From an uncultured Sphingobacteriaceae bacterium (lineage in GTDB: Bacteria; Bacteroidota; Bacteroidia; Sphingobacteriales; Sphingobacteriaceae), in the NCBI GenBank assembly GCA_964444885.1, contig CAYUIZ010000001.1:27181-91180 (forward strand): a stretch of DNA of 64,000 nucleotides, read 5' to 3'. The notes beneath the pieces were generated by a model. That model did no database searches and had not been told where the DNA came from. It saw only the letters and a program-made list of their open reading frames with translations. The position numbers and the translations under genes are program-made. Below, piece by piece: positions 1 through 9,386 of this stretch; position 1 is the first letter of the stretch; each line of letters opens with the position of its first letter.

Positions 1-1
1 T

Positions 2-520
2 TATTTTGTCGTCAACGTCAGTTCGCCCAATACGCCCGGCCTACGCGACCTGCAGGAGAAAGGGCCCTTGATGAATATTTTGCAAGCGCTCCAAGCCAGC
101 AATAACAAGGGGGGCGTATCGCGTCCCATTTTGCTAAAAATCGCACCAGATTTGACTGATGGACAATTGGATGATATCGTGGAACTGGTTACCGAATCCG
201 GCATTGCGGGCGTGGTAGCCACCAATACCACCATCAGCCGCGAGGGCTTGCGAAGCAATCCTGCACGGGTACAGGAGGCAGGTGGACTGAGTGGCAAGCC
301 TTTGCGGGCCCGGGCCACGGAGGTGATCCGCTACTTGGCCCGGAAATCGGGGGGGCGCTTCCCGATTATCGGGGTGGGGGGTATCCATAGTCCGGCTGAC
401 GCCATGGAGAAAATGGAAGCTGGGGCGGCGCTCGTTCAGCTCTACACCGGGTTTATCTACGAGGGTCCCGGCCTAATCAAATCAATCTGCAAAAAAATAG
501 CCCACACCGGCAAGGTGTGA
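2..520 (+). CDS. pyrD: Dihydroorotate dehydrogenase (quinone), C-terminal part; the 5' end lies outside the window
   Basis: Frame 2 is open from base 2 and reads [18 protein letters not shown], the class 2 PyrD signature. It continues with [19 protein letters not shown] and IGVGGI motifs. The listed ORF 68..520 is only the part after an internal Met. Confidence 0.9.
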   Translation, partial: YFVVNVSSPNTPGLRDLQEKGPLMNILQALQASNNKGGVSRPILLKIAPDLTDGQLDDIVELVTESGIAGVVATNTTISREGLRSNPARVQEAGGLSGKPLRARATEVIRYLARKSGGRFPIIGVGGIHSPADAMEKMEAGAALVQLYTGFIYEGPGLIKSICKKIAHTGKV

Positions 521-549
521 GCTATTGCGTATTCGCTTTTCCTTTGTGA

Positions 550-1722
550 CTAACGCAAGGCGTCTATTTTCGCCTGTATTTCGGCCGACTTCTCTTGGTT
601 GTCGTTGATGTCGTAGTATTGCTTCAAGTTGGTCAGCGCGATGATTGAATTGGAGTCCAATGCCACGGCTTTTTCCAAGTAGGGCAACGCCGAGTCGAAA
701 ATCTCGTACGCTTTCTTCATCTCCGCCTCGTACTCAGCTTGAGGCAAATTCTTGTTGTTTGTTTCGTTGTAGTAGTTAATCCCGCTCGTCAGGATAGCCG
801 CACCCATGTTGATGTTGGCCTCCAGGTAGTCCGGATCGATGGCGAGTGCTTTTCCATAAGAAGCGATGGCTTCTTCATCTTGTTTCAGTGAAGCCTGCGC
901 AATGCCCAGGTAGTATTGCAACGTTTTGTCGTTCGGCGAACGCTCGGCTTGGCTTTTCAGCGTAGCCAGGATGCCTTCTTCGTTTCCGGCCATCAAGTTC
1001 AGCTCAATATTGTGCGTCGCGATCTCGGCATCTTCAGGATGCTTTTCTGTGGCTATCTGCGCATATTTCAACGCATTGGTGGTGTCACCCAGTTGCAGGT
1101 AAAGGCGGGAAGCGTCTAGCACAATTTGACGGTTGTTGGAATACTCGTCGATCGGAACCAGCTCGACGTACTTGGCCACGGCCTTTTCGTACTGATTGTC
1201 GTTGATGGCGGCAATGCCCGCATAGTACAGCAGGGTGGTGTCGCCTGGCAGGTAACCGAGTCCTTTCTCAAAGGCGTCGTAAGCGCCTGTGTAGTTACCT
1301 AGCTCCCATGCCTGAGCACCTTGGTTCAATTCGAATTGTGCAAGCATCGAGTTGAGGGCACCTAAATTTTCTGCATGCTCGTTGTCCGTGTCAAGGCTAA
1401 TGGCTTTGTCGCGTCCTTCCAGCGCTTGCTGATAGGTATCAACCGCGGTTTCAGTGGTGTCAAGTAACGCCAAGTCTGCGTAAATTAACGCGTAGTACAC
1501 CCATGTTTCGGGCAATGCGTTAGTCCGGTCGTTCCCAATCGCCCGGTCAATCGCCGTCTGAGCCGTGTTCAGCTCATTAATTGACAGCGTTCCCGTTCCC
1601 ATGCTTTTCAATTCACTGTATTTGGTGTAATTCGAAATTGCACGATTGAGGTTGCTCCGCTGTGCTGAGGCGACGGTAGCAACTGCCATCAATGCAATAA
1701 AAAAGATGGATTTCATTTTCAT
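550..1722 (-). CDS. Secreted tetratricopeptide-repeat protein
   Basis: N-terminal signal peptide MKMKSIFFIALMAVATVASAQ. Repeated A/Y/L-rich 34-residue helical repeats (YYALIY, YYAGIAA, YYLGIAQ). Function unknown. Confidence 0.7.
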   Translation of the reverse strand: MKMKSIFFIALMAVATVASAQRSNLNRAISNYTKYSELKSMGTGTLSINELNTAQTAIDRAIGNDRTNALPETWVYYALIYADLALLDTTETAVDTYQQALEGRDKAISLDTDNEHAENLGALNSMLAQFELNQGAQAWELGNYTGAYDAFEKGLGYLPGDTTLLYYAGIAAINDNQYEKAVAKYVELVPIDEYSNNRQIVLDASRLYLQLGDTTNALKYAQIATEKHPEDAEIATHNIELNLMAGNEEGILATLKSQAERSPNDKTLQYYLGIAQASLKQDEEAIASYGKALAIDPDYLEANINMGAAILTSGINYYNETNNKNLPQAEYEAEMKKAYEIFDSALPYLEKAVALDSNSIIALTNLKQYYDINDNQEKSAEIQAKIDALR

Positions 1723-1724
1723 GG

Positions 1725-2867
1725 CTAATCTATTATTCGTTGGTTTAAAATGTTATTTACTCGTTCTAATTGGACGATATCGCCCGATTTGTCATACAGC
1801 ACGGCCAGTGACCGCAAGGTATTAATTTCAGAAGGCTTGATCTGGTTTGCTTTTAACAAATATTCTTGCGCTTTGTTTCGCTTTTCGGTGTTGTTCGATT
1901 GCTGAATATATTCTTTCAAATACAAAAGACCGAGCTCAAAATTACCTTCGAAGTTATTGGGGTCTAATGCAATCACCTTTTCGTAATAGCGTCTGGCGGC
2001 TTCAGGGTTGCCTTCCCGTTCATTTGCATAACCGGCAATGAAGTTGAGATCCACGTTTTCGGGTTCGTGGGCTAAGGCTTCGCTGAGTTCCGGAATAATC
2101 GCACCATACGCTTCGTTTGCCACGTAGGTATTAATCAATTGAAACAGGATATCCTTGTCGTTCGGGAACTGTTGCCTGCCCGCCGCCAGCGTATTTAATG
2201 CTTCCTGCCGACTTTCTTTTTTTGTGTACAGGTTAGCCAACTCCAGCACATAGCGAGGCTCGGCCTGCTCTTTGTTGGCCAGCAGGCTTTTGTACCCTTC
2301 GATGGCAGCATCCACATTGCCGGTCGTGCCTTTTAGCACGGCTAGGTTGTGCTGGATGTTTCCGTAGGCGTCTCCCCCGAGGGAGTCCACCATCGCAAAA
2401 TGAGCCAGCGCCTCTTCGGCGTTGCCCGCCGCAGTGGCCCGGTTCGCTTTAATCAAATGCGCATTGGCCAATGACCGCTTGACGTAGTGGATCTCTGCGC
2501 CATGGTCAAACTGGGTTTGCTGCGGAGCCTGATTGATCCGTTGCATGGCTTCCATTGCCACGTCGATCGGGTCGGCCATGTATTTCTGGGTCCGGTTGGA
2601 ATCGACGACGGCCAAGGTGCTATAGACGAGGGAGCGGAGCATGTTGTTCTTGAACGAAGCAGAATCCCGGCGGGTCTGGTAGGCCGCATCGCTAAACTTG
2701 CGTGCGGCTTCCAGCTGCTTGAAATCGCGGCTCTTTAGATACATAGCCATGTTATTCCGGCCCTCCATATAGTTTGACTGAGCCAATACAGGGCTGATGC
2801 CTATAACCAAAACAAGCCATACGCCAAGAGCCTTGGCTACACTGAAAAAGCTAGTCCTCTGTGTCAT
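1725..2867 (-). CDS. Secreted tetratricopeptide-repeat protein, paralogue-like neighbour of 550..1722
   Basis: Signal peptide [30 protein letters not shown] if translation starts at the ATG at 2867; the alternative ATG is at 2888. TPR-like repeats ([18 protein letters not shown]). It overlaps the gyrA stop by 17 nt (38 nt with the alternative start). Confidence 0.65.
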   Translation of the reverse strand: MTQRTSFFSVAKALGVWLVLVIGISPVLAQSNYMEGRNNMAMYLKSRDFKQLEAARKFSDAAYQTRRDSASFKNNMLRSLVYSTLAVVDSNRTQKYMADPIDVAMEAMQRINQAPQQTQFDHGAEIHYVKRSLANAHLIKANRATAAGNAEEALAHFAMVDSLGGDAYGNIQHNLAVLKGTTGNVDAAIEGYKSLLANKEQAEPRYVLELANLYTKKESRQEALNTLAAGRQQFPNDKDILFQLINTYVANEAYGAIIPELSEALAHEPENVDLNFIAGYANEREGNPEAARRYYEKVIALDPNNFEGNFELGLLYLKEYIQQSNNTEKRNKAQEYLLKANQIKPSEINTLRSLAVLYDKSGDIVQLERVNNILNQRIID

Positions 2868-5433
2868 CTGTTTTATTTTCCAAGTCATCTGTCACATCGT
2901 TGTTCGGAGCTTCGCCGTCGGTTATTACGGTGTCTTCGCCGTTTTCGTCCTCCGGAATGTCCTCCTCGTGTTCCACCTTCGTCACCGACGCGATTGCGTC
3001 GTCGCCTTTCAGGTTGATCAAGCGGACGCCTTGCGTGGCGCGGCCCATCACGCGGAGCTCGCTCACCGCAATGCGGATAACGATACCCGATTTATTGATG
3101 ATCATCAGGTCGTCATCGTTGGTGACGTCCTTGATGGCTACCAATTGTCCGGTTTTGTCGGTGACGTTCAGGGTTTTCACACCTTTGCCACCCCGGTTGG
3201 TTACCCGATAGTCCTCAATATCCGTACGCTTGCCGTATCCTTTTTCCGATACAACCAGCACGCTCACCTCCGGACTATCAACACTAATCATGCCAACTAC
3301 CTCGTCATCGGGGCCCGCCAGCGTGATGCCGCGCACACCCGTAGCGGTACGGCCCATCGGACGCACGGTCGACTCATTAAAGCGGATCGCCCGTCCCGAC
3401 TTCAGCGCCATGACGATTTCGCTGTTGCCGGTAGTCAGGTTGGCCTCCAGCAGCTGGTCGCCTTCGTTGATATTGATGGCGTTGATGCCATTGGCACGTG
3501 GACGCGAGTACGCCTCCAGCGAGGTTTTCTTGATCGTTCCTTTCTTCGTGCACATGATGATGAAGTTGTTCTCCAGGTACTCCTTGTCCTTGAGGTTCTT
3601 CACCTTGATATACGCTTTGATTTTTTCCTCTTTGGGGATATTAATGATGTTCTGGATGGCTCTTCCGCGCGAGGTGCGGCTTCCCTCCGGAATTTCGAAG
3701 GCACGCAGCCAGAAGCAACGCCCGGCCTCCGTGAAGAATAGCATGTAATTGTGCGCCGAAGCAATGATAATGTGCTCGGTGAAGTCTTCGTCGCGGGTAT
3801 TGGTGCCTATCGAGCCTTTGCCGCCCCGGCCCTGGCGCCGGTATTCGGTCAGCGGGGTACGCTTGACATAGCTTTCGTGGGAGATCGTAATCACAATCTC
3901 TTCGTCCTCGATAAAGTCCTCGATGCGCATATCTTCGGCGGAATGCACGATAGTGGAACGGCGCTCGTCGCCATATTTCTCCTTCACTTCCACTAATTCA
4001 TCCTTAATGATCTGCATGCGCAGGCTTTCGTCTTCCAATACGGATTTCAAGTACTCGATGGTTTTCATCAGTTCTGCGTACTCCTCGCGTATCTTGTCAC
4101 GCTCCAGGCCGGTCAATCGGCGCAGTGTCATGTCGAGGATGGCCCGTGCCTGTATGTCGCTCAGGCCGAAACGTTCCATCAAGCCTGTGCGCGCCTCTTC
4201 GGGAGTTTCCGACGCACGGATGAGCTTGATAACTTCGTCGAGATGGTCGAGCGCGATAAGGTAGCCCTGTAGGATATGTGCGCGTTTTTCGGCCTCGGCG
4301 AGTTCAAAACGCGTCCGCCGGATAACGACCTCGTGGCGGTGTTCCACGAAGTGGTGGATCATGTCCTTCAGATTCAGCAACATCGGACGCCCGTGGACGA
4401 GCGCGATGTTATTGACGCTGAATGAAGTCTGCAACGCGGTGTATTTAAACAGGTTATTTAGCACGATTGACGCATTCGCCTCGCGCTTAATGTCGTACAC
4501 GATGCGCATCCCGTGCCGGTCTGATTCATCGCGGATATTGGAAATGCCTTCGATTTTCTTTTCGTTGACCAGCTCAGCGGTCCGTTTGATCATCTCCGAT
4601 TTGTTTACCTGGTAGGGGATTTCGGTAACGATAATCGACTCGCGGCCCTTGTTTTCCTCAATCTCTGCCGCGGCACGCATCACCACCCGTCCTCTGCCGG
4701 TATGGAAAGCTTCCTGTACGCCAGCGTGTCCGTAGATGACACCTCCGGTCGGGAAATCCGGCGCTTTGATGTGCTGCATGAGCTCAGCGATTTCGATATC
4801 GCGGTTGTCGATGTAGGCAATCGTGCCGTCGACGACTTCGGACAGGTTGTGGGGCGCCATGTTAGTCGCCATACCCACGGCAATACCGGATGCGCCGTTG
4901 ACCAGCAGGTTGGGAATACGTGTCGGCAACACTGTAGGTTCTTCCAGCGAGTCGTCAAAGTTCAGCTGGTAGTCTACCGTATTCTTATTGATGTCGGAAA
5001 GAAGTTCCTCTGCGATCTTTTTCAGCCGGGCCTCCGTATACCGCATCGCTGCCGGCGGGTCGCCGTCTACCGAGCCGTAGTTGCCCTGCCCGTCGACGAG
5101 GGGGTAGCGCAAGCTCCAGTCCTGCGCCATACGGACCATGGTGTCGTAGACCGAGCTGTCGCCGTGCGGGTGGTATTTTCCCAGTACGTCACCCACGATA
5201 CGAGCGGATTTTTTATACGGTTTGCCACTGGTGACGCCCAAGTCGAGCATGCCATACAGTACACGGCGATGCACGGGCTTTAGCCCATCGCGTGCGTCTG
5301 GCAATGCCCGGGATACAATGACTGACATGGAGTAGTCAATGTACGCGGACTTCATCTGGTCTTCTATGTTGATAGGGATAATCCGGTCGTGTGCCGGAAC
5401 GAGGTTGTTGTCGTTTTCTGTCTCTTCAGCCAT
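2851..5433 (-). CDS. gyrA: DNA gyrase subunit A
   Basis: 860 aa. Motifs: [25 protein letters not shown], active-site AMRYTEARL, and a C-terminal beta-pinwheel repeat region. It ends in a D/E-rich tail. Confidence 0.97.
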   Translation of the reverse strand: MAEETENDNNLVPAHDRIIPINIEDQMKSAYIDYSMSVIVSRALPDARDGLKPVHRRVLYGMLDLGVTSGKPYKKSARIVGDVLGKYHPHGDSSVYDTMVRMAQDWSLRYPLVDGQGNYGSVDGDPPAAMRYTEARLKKIAEELLSDINKNTVDYQLNFDDSLEEPTVLPTRIPNLLVNGASGIAVGMATNMAPHNLSEVVDGTIAYIDNRDIEIAELMQHIKAPDFPTGGVIYGHAGVQEAFHTGRGRVVMRAAAEIEENKGRESIIVTEIPYQVNKSEMIKRTAELVNEKKIEGISNIRDESDRHGMRIVYDIKREANASIVLNNLFKYTALQTSFSVNNIALVHGRPMLLNLKDMIHHFVEHRHEVVIRRTRFELAEAEKRAHILQGYLIALDHLDEVIKLIRASETPEEARTGLMERFGLSDIQARAILDMTLRRLTGLERDKIREEYAELMKTIEYLKSVLEDESLRMQIIKDELVEVKEKYGDERRSTIVHSAEDMRIEDFIEDEEIVITISHESYVKRTPLTEYRRQGRGGKGSIGTNTRDEDFTEHIIIASAHNYMLFFTEAGRCFWLRAFEIPEGSRTSRGRAIQNIINIPKEEKIKAYIKVKNLKDKEYLENNFIIMCTKKGTIKKTSLEAYSRPRANGINAININEGDQLLEANLTTGNSEIVMALKSGRAIRFNESTVRPMGRTATGVRGITLAGPDDEVVGMISVDSPEVSVLVVSEKGYGKRTDIEDYRVTNRGGKGVKTLNVTDKTGQLVAIKDVTNDDDLMIINKSGIVIRIAVSELRVMGRATQGVRLINLKGDDAIASVTKVEHEEDIPEDENGEDTVITDGEAPNNDVTDDLENKTDDTED

Positions 5434-5811
5434 ATTTTGTGTTGTTCACGGATAAAACTGTCCGTGCGAAAATAATACATATTCTGTGCTTGCGAAATTA
5501 AGAAATTTTTAGGTCACTTACGAATGTTTTTTATGCGGCGGCGGTACCCTAAATCGCTGGTTTATCGTGTGGCGGGCATACGGATATGGCTGCTACAAGG
5601 ATGTGGTTTTGGTGTTTTGCGCCCGACCAAATTCGGAGCCATCAAGCGGGGTGCTGTGCCGGGTTGCCGGGGTCGGCGCGGAGGGAACGCCGGATTGGGA
5701 TCCTGCACACGGGCAGGGACCGCAAGGGTGGCAGCTTCTTTGGTATTCGGTTACATTAGGCGCGTGGCCTATTTTTGGGGAAATGATACGGAAATAACTT
5801 AGCTTTGCGGT

Positions 5812-6714
5812 ATGACAGAGAGTGTTGAGCAACAACAGAAGCTAACGCGGCGCCGGAGTATGGTGTCTTTTGTAGCTAGGTTCGCCTTATGCGTGGCGGT
5901 CACGTATTCCTTTGTCGCCTTTCGCGATTTTTACGGTGCGAACAGCAAGATCCGGGAAATTGCGTATGCGCTCAATACCTTTCTCACGGGCAGTATCCTG
6001 ATTTCGATCGGCAAGTGGCTGGTGATTTCTTGGTATTCGCGGCGTACGAAGAAAAACAATCGGGTTCGCGGCAATTTTGTGCTGGGCGTCAGTCAGATTG
6101 CCGGTATCGCGACGGTGGTATTCGCAGTCATTGCCGTCATGCTCGCCTTGGGCATCAATCCCAAAGAGTTTCTGACGAGCATTACCATCGTGGCCATGGC
6201 CATCGCCTTACTCTTTCGCGACTACATCACGAATATGATCAGCGGCCTGCTCATTATGTTCTCCGACCGGTTCACAATCGGTGACAACATCAAAATCGGT
6301 GAGTACGAAGGGCGGATACTGGACATCACGCTGGTGAATATCGAGGTGAAGAATGAGGACGACGACATTGTGCTGATTCCGAATAATACGGCTTTTACGG
6401 CGAATATCATCAACCAATCGCTTCACAACTCGCGCAAGGTGACGGTAGAGTTCCAGTTGCCCCTGGCGCAGGCCCATGACCAAGGCGCGCTAGACCAGCG
6501 TTTCCAAGCCTTGTTTGCCCGGTACGAAGCGAGTGTGGTAGCGGGAAGCTATCGGATGCGTTTGCTGGAGATCGACAAGGAGTCTGTCCACTATAAGGTG
6601 CAAGTGCAGATTCACTCGCGGGGAAGCCTCAAGAAGCAGCAGGCGCGCGACGCCATATTGGCCGAGGTGCTCGCCCACAGCGCGCAGACGGCAATGCCCG
6701 TCAAATCTTCCTAA
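5812..6714 (+). CDS. Mechanosensitive (MscS-family) ion channel protein
   Basis: Three N-terminal TM helices, followed by the MscS-type segment LFRDYITNMISGLLIMFSDRFTIGDNIKIGEYEGRILDITL. The start could be the internal Met (MVSFV). Confidence 0.75.
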   Translation: MTESVEQQQKLTRRRSMVSFVARFALCVAVTYSFVAFRDFYGANSKIREIAYALNTFLTGSILISIGKWLVISWYSRRTKKNNRVRGNFVLGVSQIAGIATVVFAVIAVMLALGINPKEFLTSITIVAMAIALLFRDYITNMISGLLIMFSDRFTIGDNIKIGEYEGRILDITLVNIEVKNEDDDIVLIPNNTAFTANIINQSLHNSRKVTVEFQLPLAQAHDQGALDQRFQALFARYEASVVAGSYRMRLLEIDKESVHYKVQVQIHSRGSLKKQQARDAILAEVLAHSAQTAMPVKSS

Positions 6715-7645
6715 CCTTAATGCCTTTGACAAAGTGATGGCTCCCTTTTTCCAAAATTAGGTCGGCGCGAAACCGGGTGGGGAGGATGTTTTGCATCAGG
6801 TTAGGCTTGTTGATTTCGTTCCAGATATCGATAGCCATCGTCCGCGACTCTTCTTCGGACAGGTCGGCATAGCGGTGAAAATAGGAGTCGGGATTTTGAA
6901 ATGCCGTTTGCCGGAGCCATTCGAAGCGTTTAATATACCATTCCAGCAGATTTTTGTGGCTGGCATCCACATAAATCGAATAATCAAAAAAGTCAGATAC
7001 GAATACCCTGGGCCCGTGGTGCTTTCCGGATAAGTTGACCTGCAAAACATTGATGCCTTCGACGATCAGTACGTCAGGGCGAGTCACCCATTGTATCTCG
7101 TCCGGAATAATATCGTACGAGAGGTGGGAATACACCGGTGCCGGCACGCGAGGCTTGCCCGACTTGATGGCCGCCAGAAAGTTGAGCAGTTTGCGCGTGT
7201 CATAACTTTCGGGGAATCCCTTGCGATTGAGGATGCCGCGCTCTTCCAGGTAGCTGTTGGGGTGCAGGAACCCGTCGGTGGTTACCAGTTCTACCTTGGG
7301 GTTGCCGTTTGACAGGGACAATACGCGTTGCAATACCCGGGCGGTGGTACTTTTGCCCGCCGCCACGCTTCCGGCGATACCGATGATGAAAGGCAGCCGT
7401 GCCGTATCGTTGTGAAAAAACGCATCAATGCGTTTGTGGGTCTTTTGGTGGTACTCGATGTGGATCTGCAGCAAGCGACACAGCGGGAAATAGATGTCCT
7501 CAATTTCCTCCATCGTCAGCGGCTCGTTGAGCGCATGCAGTTTGGCCAGGTCGCCCACGGCTATCGGTTGGGACCCGAAGCCGTTCAGCTGCTTCCAAGC
7601 CGCTTTTGACATGCTCCTAAACGGCGAATAGTTTACTGGATCCAT
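6701..7645 (-). CDS. coaA: Type I pantothenate kinase
   Basis: Full-length resemblance to enterobacterial CoaA. P-loop IGIAGSVAAGKSTTARVLQ, plus TTDGFLHPN, KGFPESYD, PVYSH, ILPTR and a terminal VRK. Confidence 0.9.
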   Translation of the reverse strand: MDPVNYSPFRSMSKAAWKQLNGFGSQPIAVGDLAKLHALNEPLTMEEIEDIYFPLCRLLQIHIEYHQKTHKRIDAFFHNDTARLPFIIGIAGSVAAGKSTTARVLQRVLSLSNGNPKVELVTTDGFLHPNSYLEERGILNRKGFPESYDTRKLLNFLAAIKSGKPRVPAPVYSHLSYDIIPDEIQWVTRPDVLIVEGINVLQVNLSGKHHGPRVFVSDFFDYSIYVDASHKNLLEWYIKRFEWLRQTAFQNPDSYFHRYADLSEEESRTMAIDIWNEINKPNLMQNILPTRFRADLILEKGSHHFVKGIKVRKI

Positions 7646-7816
7646 TGGCGATCTGTTCGTGAATGTCCGCGATGAACGGGCAAATATACTAGCTTCGGCT
7701 AAAAAGAAGGCTTCCTGCCCGATTTTTTGCTAGCTGGGATAGGAGGGCGGTCAAAATCGGCTCGCCGGTACCTTGCCCTACGCCGGCTATGCGGCAACGC
7801 CTTGCCCGGTTTTCCG

Positions 7817-8200
7817 TTAGTCCTCGCTGTTGGCGAGTCCGCAAATGATAAGTTTGCCCGTAGCCGGGTTGGTGGCCAGCGGGATGTTGTATAAGTCGCT
7901 GATCCGCATGAGCATCTGGATGTCCGGTTCGTGGGGGTGCTTGCCCAGAGGATCGCGGAAGAAGACGATGGCGTCGAGCTTGCCCTCGGCAGCCATGGCG
8001 GCGATCTGGGCGTCCCCGCCCCGCGGGCCGCTCAGCTTAAGTTCGACTTCGAGACCGGTTTGCTGGACGTACGCGCCCGTCGTGCCGGTGGCCACCAGCT
8101 TGGCGGTGCGCAGTTGGTCGAGGTGGTCTTTGATGAAAGCGACCATTTCGGGTTTTTTGCCGTCGTGGGCGATAATCGCAATGGTTTTAAGGCGTGTCAT
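7817..8200 (-). CDS. mgsA: Methylglyoxal synthase
   Basis: 127 aa. Motifs: IALIAHD-type IAIIAHDGKK, LVATGTTG, SGPRGGDAQI, FFRDPL..HPHEPDI, ATN. Confidence 0.9.
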   Translation of the reverse strand: MTRLKTIAIIAHDGKKPEMVAFIKDHLDQLRTAKLVATGTTGAYVQQTGLEVELKLSGPRGGDAQIAAMAAEGKLDAIVFFRDPLGKHPHEPDIQMLMRISDLYNIPLATNPATGKLIICGLANSED

Positions 8201-9278
8201 TATTGTTGTTATGTGTTTTAGGTGCTTTGGACAGAAAGCTCCAAGGGCTTCGGGCCTGCTGGCCTTCCCGCTTTTTTTCCTTCAGGAGCCATGCGACCAG
8301 CTCATCGAGTTTGTCGTTATTCAGGCTCACCATGCGGTCGCCAAGGGCCACGAGCTTTTTAATATTGGCGGGCGAGGCGGCGTCCAGCCCTTGGTTGACG
8401 CTGTGTAGGTCGCTCGGCTCGATCCGGATGTACTGGTGCGATTTGCGGACGGATTCATACAGTCGCTTGAGGAAAAAGTCGCTGCTCTCGGCCGCGCCGC
8501 TCATCATGATGTCGACCAATGCCGGTCCGATGGAAATGGCCTTCTTTTTCTTGAAATATTCGTAGTCGTATGCTTTGCGCGAGCGCCCGGTGCCCAAGGA
8601 TATAAGGGTAATGTCGTCTACACGTGTTTCGTTGAATGCCTTGGTGACTTCGACCAGCGCGCTCATGGAAGGGTTGGGTGCGAACACCCCGCCGTCCAAT
8701 AGGGGATAGCGTGTGCCTGCCAGGGAATAGACCTCGGCCACGCTGAGGTAAGTAGGTGCGGCGGCGGTAGCCCGGCATACGTCGCGCACATGGAAATCCC
8801 GGACATCGCCTCGCGTGATGGCGTTTTGCTGGCGAAAGAAATGCGTCTTCCTTAGCTCGATGTTATAGGCGGGGATGATGCACGGCTTGATCAGTTCGCT
8901 GAGTTTCGTGTCCTCAAAGTAATCGTGGAGGACATTTTCGAGCGTTGCGGCATTATACCGTTCGCTGACCAGCCCAAAACTCGCCAGCAGCCGGCGAAAG
9001 CGGCTGCTTTTGAAGATGTCGCTCCCATGGGCGAGGTATAAATTGAGCGCTTCTTCGGCGGTAAACCGCGGCCGGGTCGGGTTTGCCTTGTCGGGACAGA
9101 GCAGCAGGGAGATGAGGATGCCGCCGGTGCTGGTGCCTGCGAAGAAATCGAAATAGTCGGCGATAGCCGCCTGCGGGTCGCCACTTTCGCGCTTGAGCTT
9201 GCGCTCCAGCGCTGCGAGTGCCATGCCGGGGATGATGCCCCTGATGCCGCCACCGTCTATCGAAAGGATTTTCTTCAT
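8187..9278 (-). CDS. Patatin-like phospholipase
   Basis: Oxyanion motif DGGGIRG, nucleophile GTSTGG and a DGG catalytic Asp motif (LLDGGVFA). I chose the start at MKKILSIDGGG (ATG 9278); the ORF extends to 9317. The stop overlaps the mgsA start by 14 nt. Confidence 0.85.
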   Translation of the reverse strand: MKKILSIDGGGIRGIIPGMALAALERKLKRESGDPQAAIADYFDFFAGTSTGGILISLLLCPDKANPTRPRFTAEEALNLYLAHGSDIFKSSRFRRLLASFGLVSERYNAATLENVLHDYFEDTKLSELIKPCIIPAYNIELRKTHFFRQQNAITRGDVRDFHVRDVCRATAAAPTYLSVAEVYSLAGTRYPLLDGGVFAPNPSMSALVEVTKAFNETRVDDITLISLGTGRSRKAYDYEYFKKKKAISIGPALVDIMMSGAAESSDFFLKRLYESVRKSHQYIRIEPSDLHSVNQGLDAASPANIKKLVALGDRMVSLNNDKLDELVAWLLKEKKREGQQARSPWSFLSKAPKTHNNNNDTP

Positions 9279-9386
9279 GGTTGTGCGGTAAAAATAGAAC
9301 TTTTTTATGAATGGCATTGGTAGGGGGCGTTAAATAAACGGTGCCCTGCCTGATGTGGCCCGTAGATCCGAATTAAACCCACCGAT

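Noticed and set aside
2797-3741. 314-aa and neighbouring + strand ORFs inside the gyrA region
   Set aside because: They are antisense to gyrA, with H/R/V-rich nonsense composition.
5640-5710. SRP RNA-like string (ggtgctgt ... ggtcggcgcggagggaacgccgg) in the gyrA/mscS gap
   Set aside because: The conserved helix-8 sequence GGUCCGGAAGGAAGCAGC is not actually present, and no long closing helix could be drawn. I kept only a low-interest note on possible structured RNA.
8187-9278. Patatin-like lipase as an effector of a CBASS-type or other defence system
   Set aside because: There is no cyclase, sensor, nuclease or other defence-type partner nearby. The neighbours are housekeeping genes (mgsA, coaA, purL).
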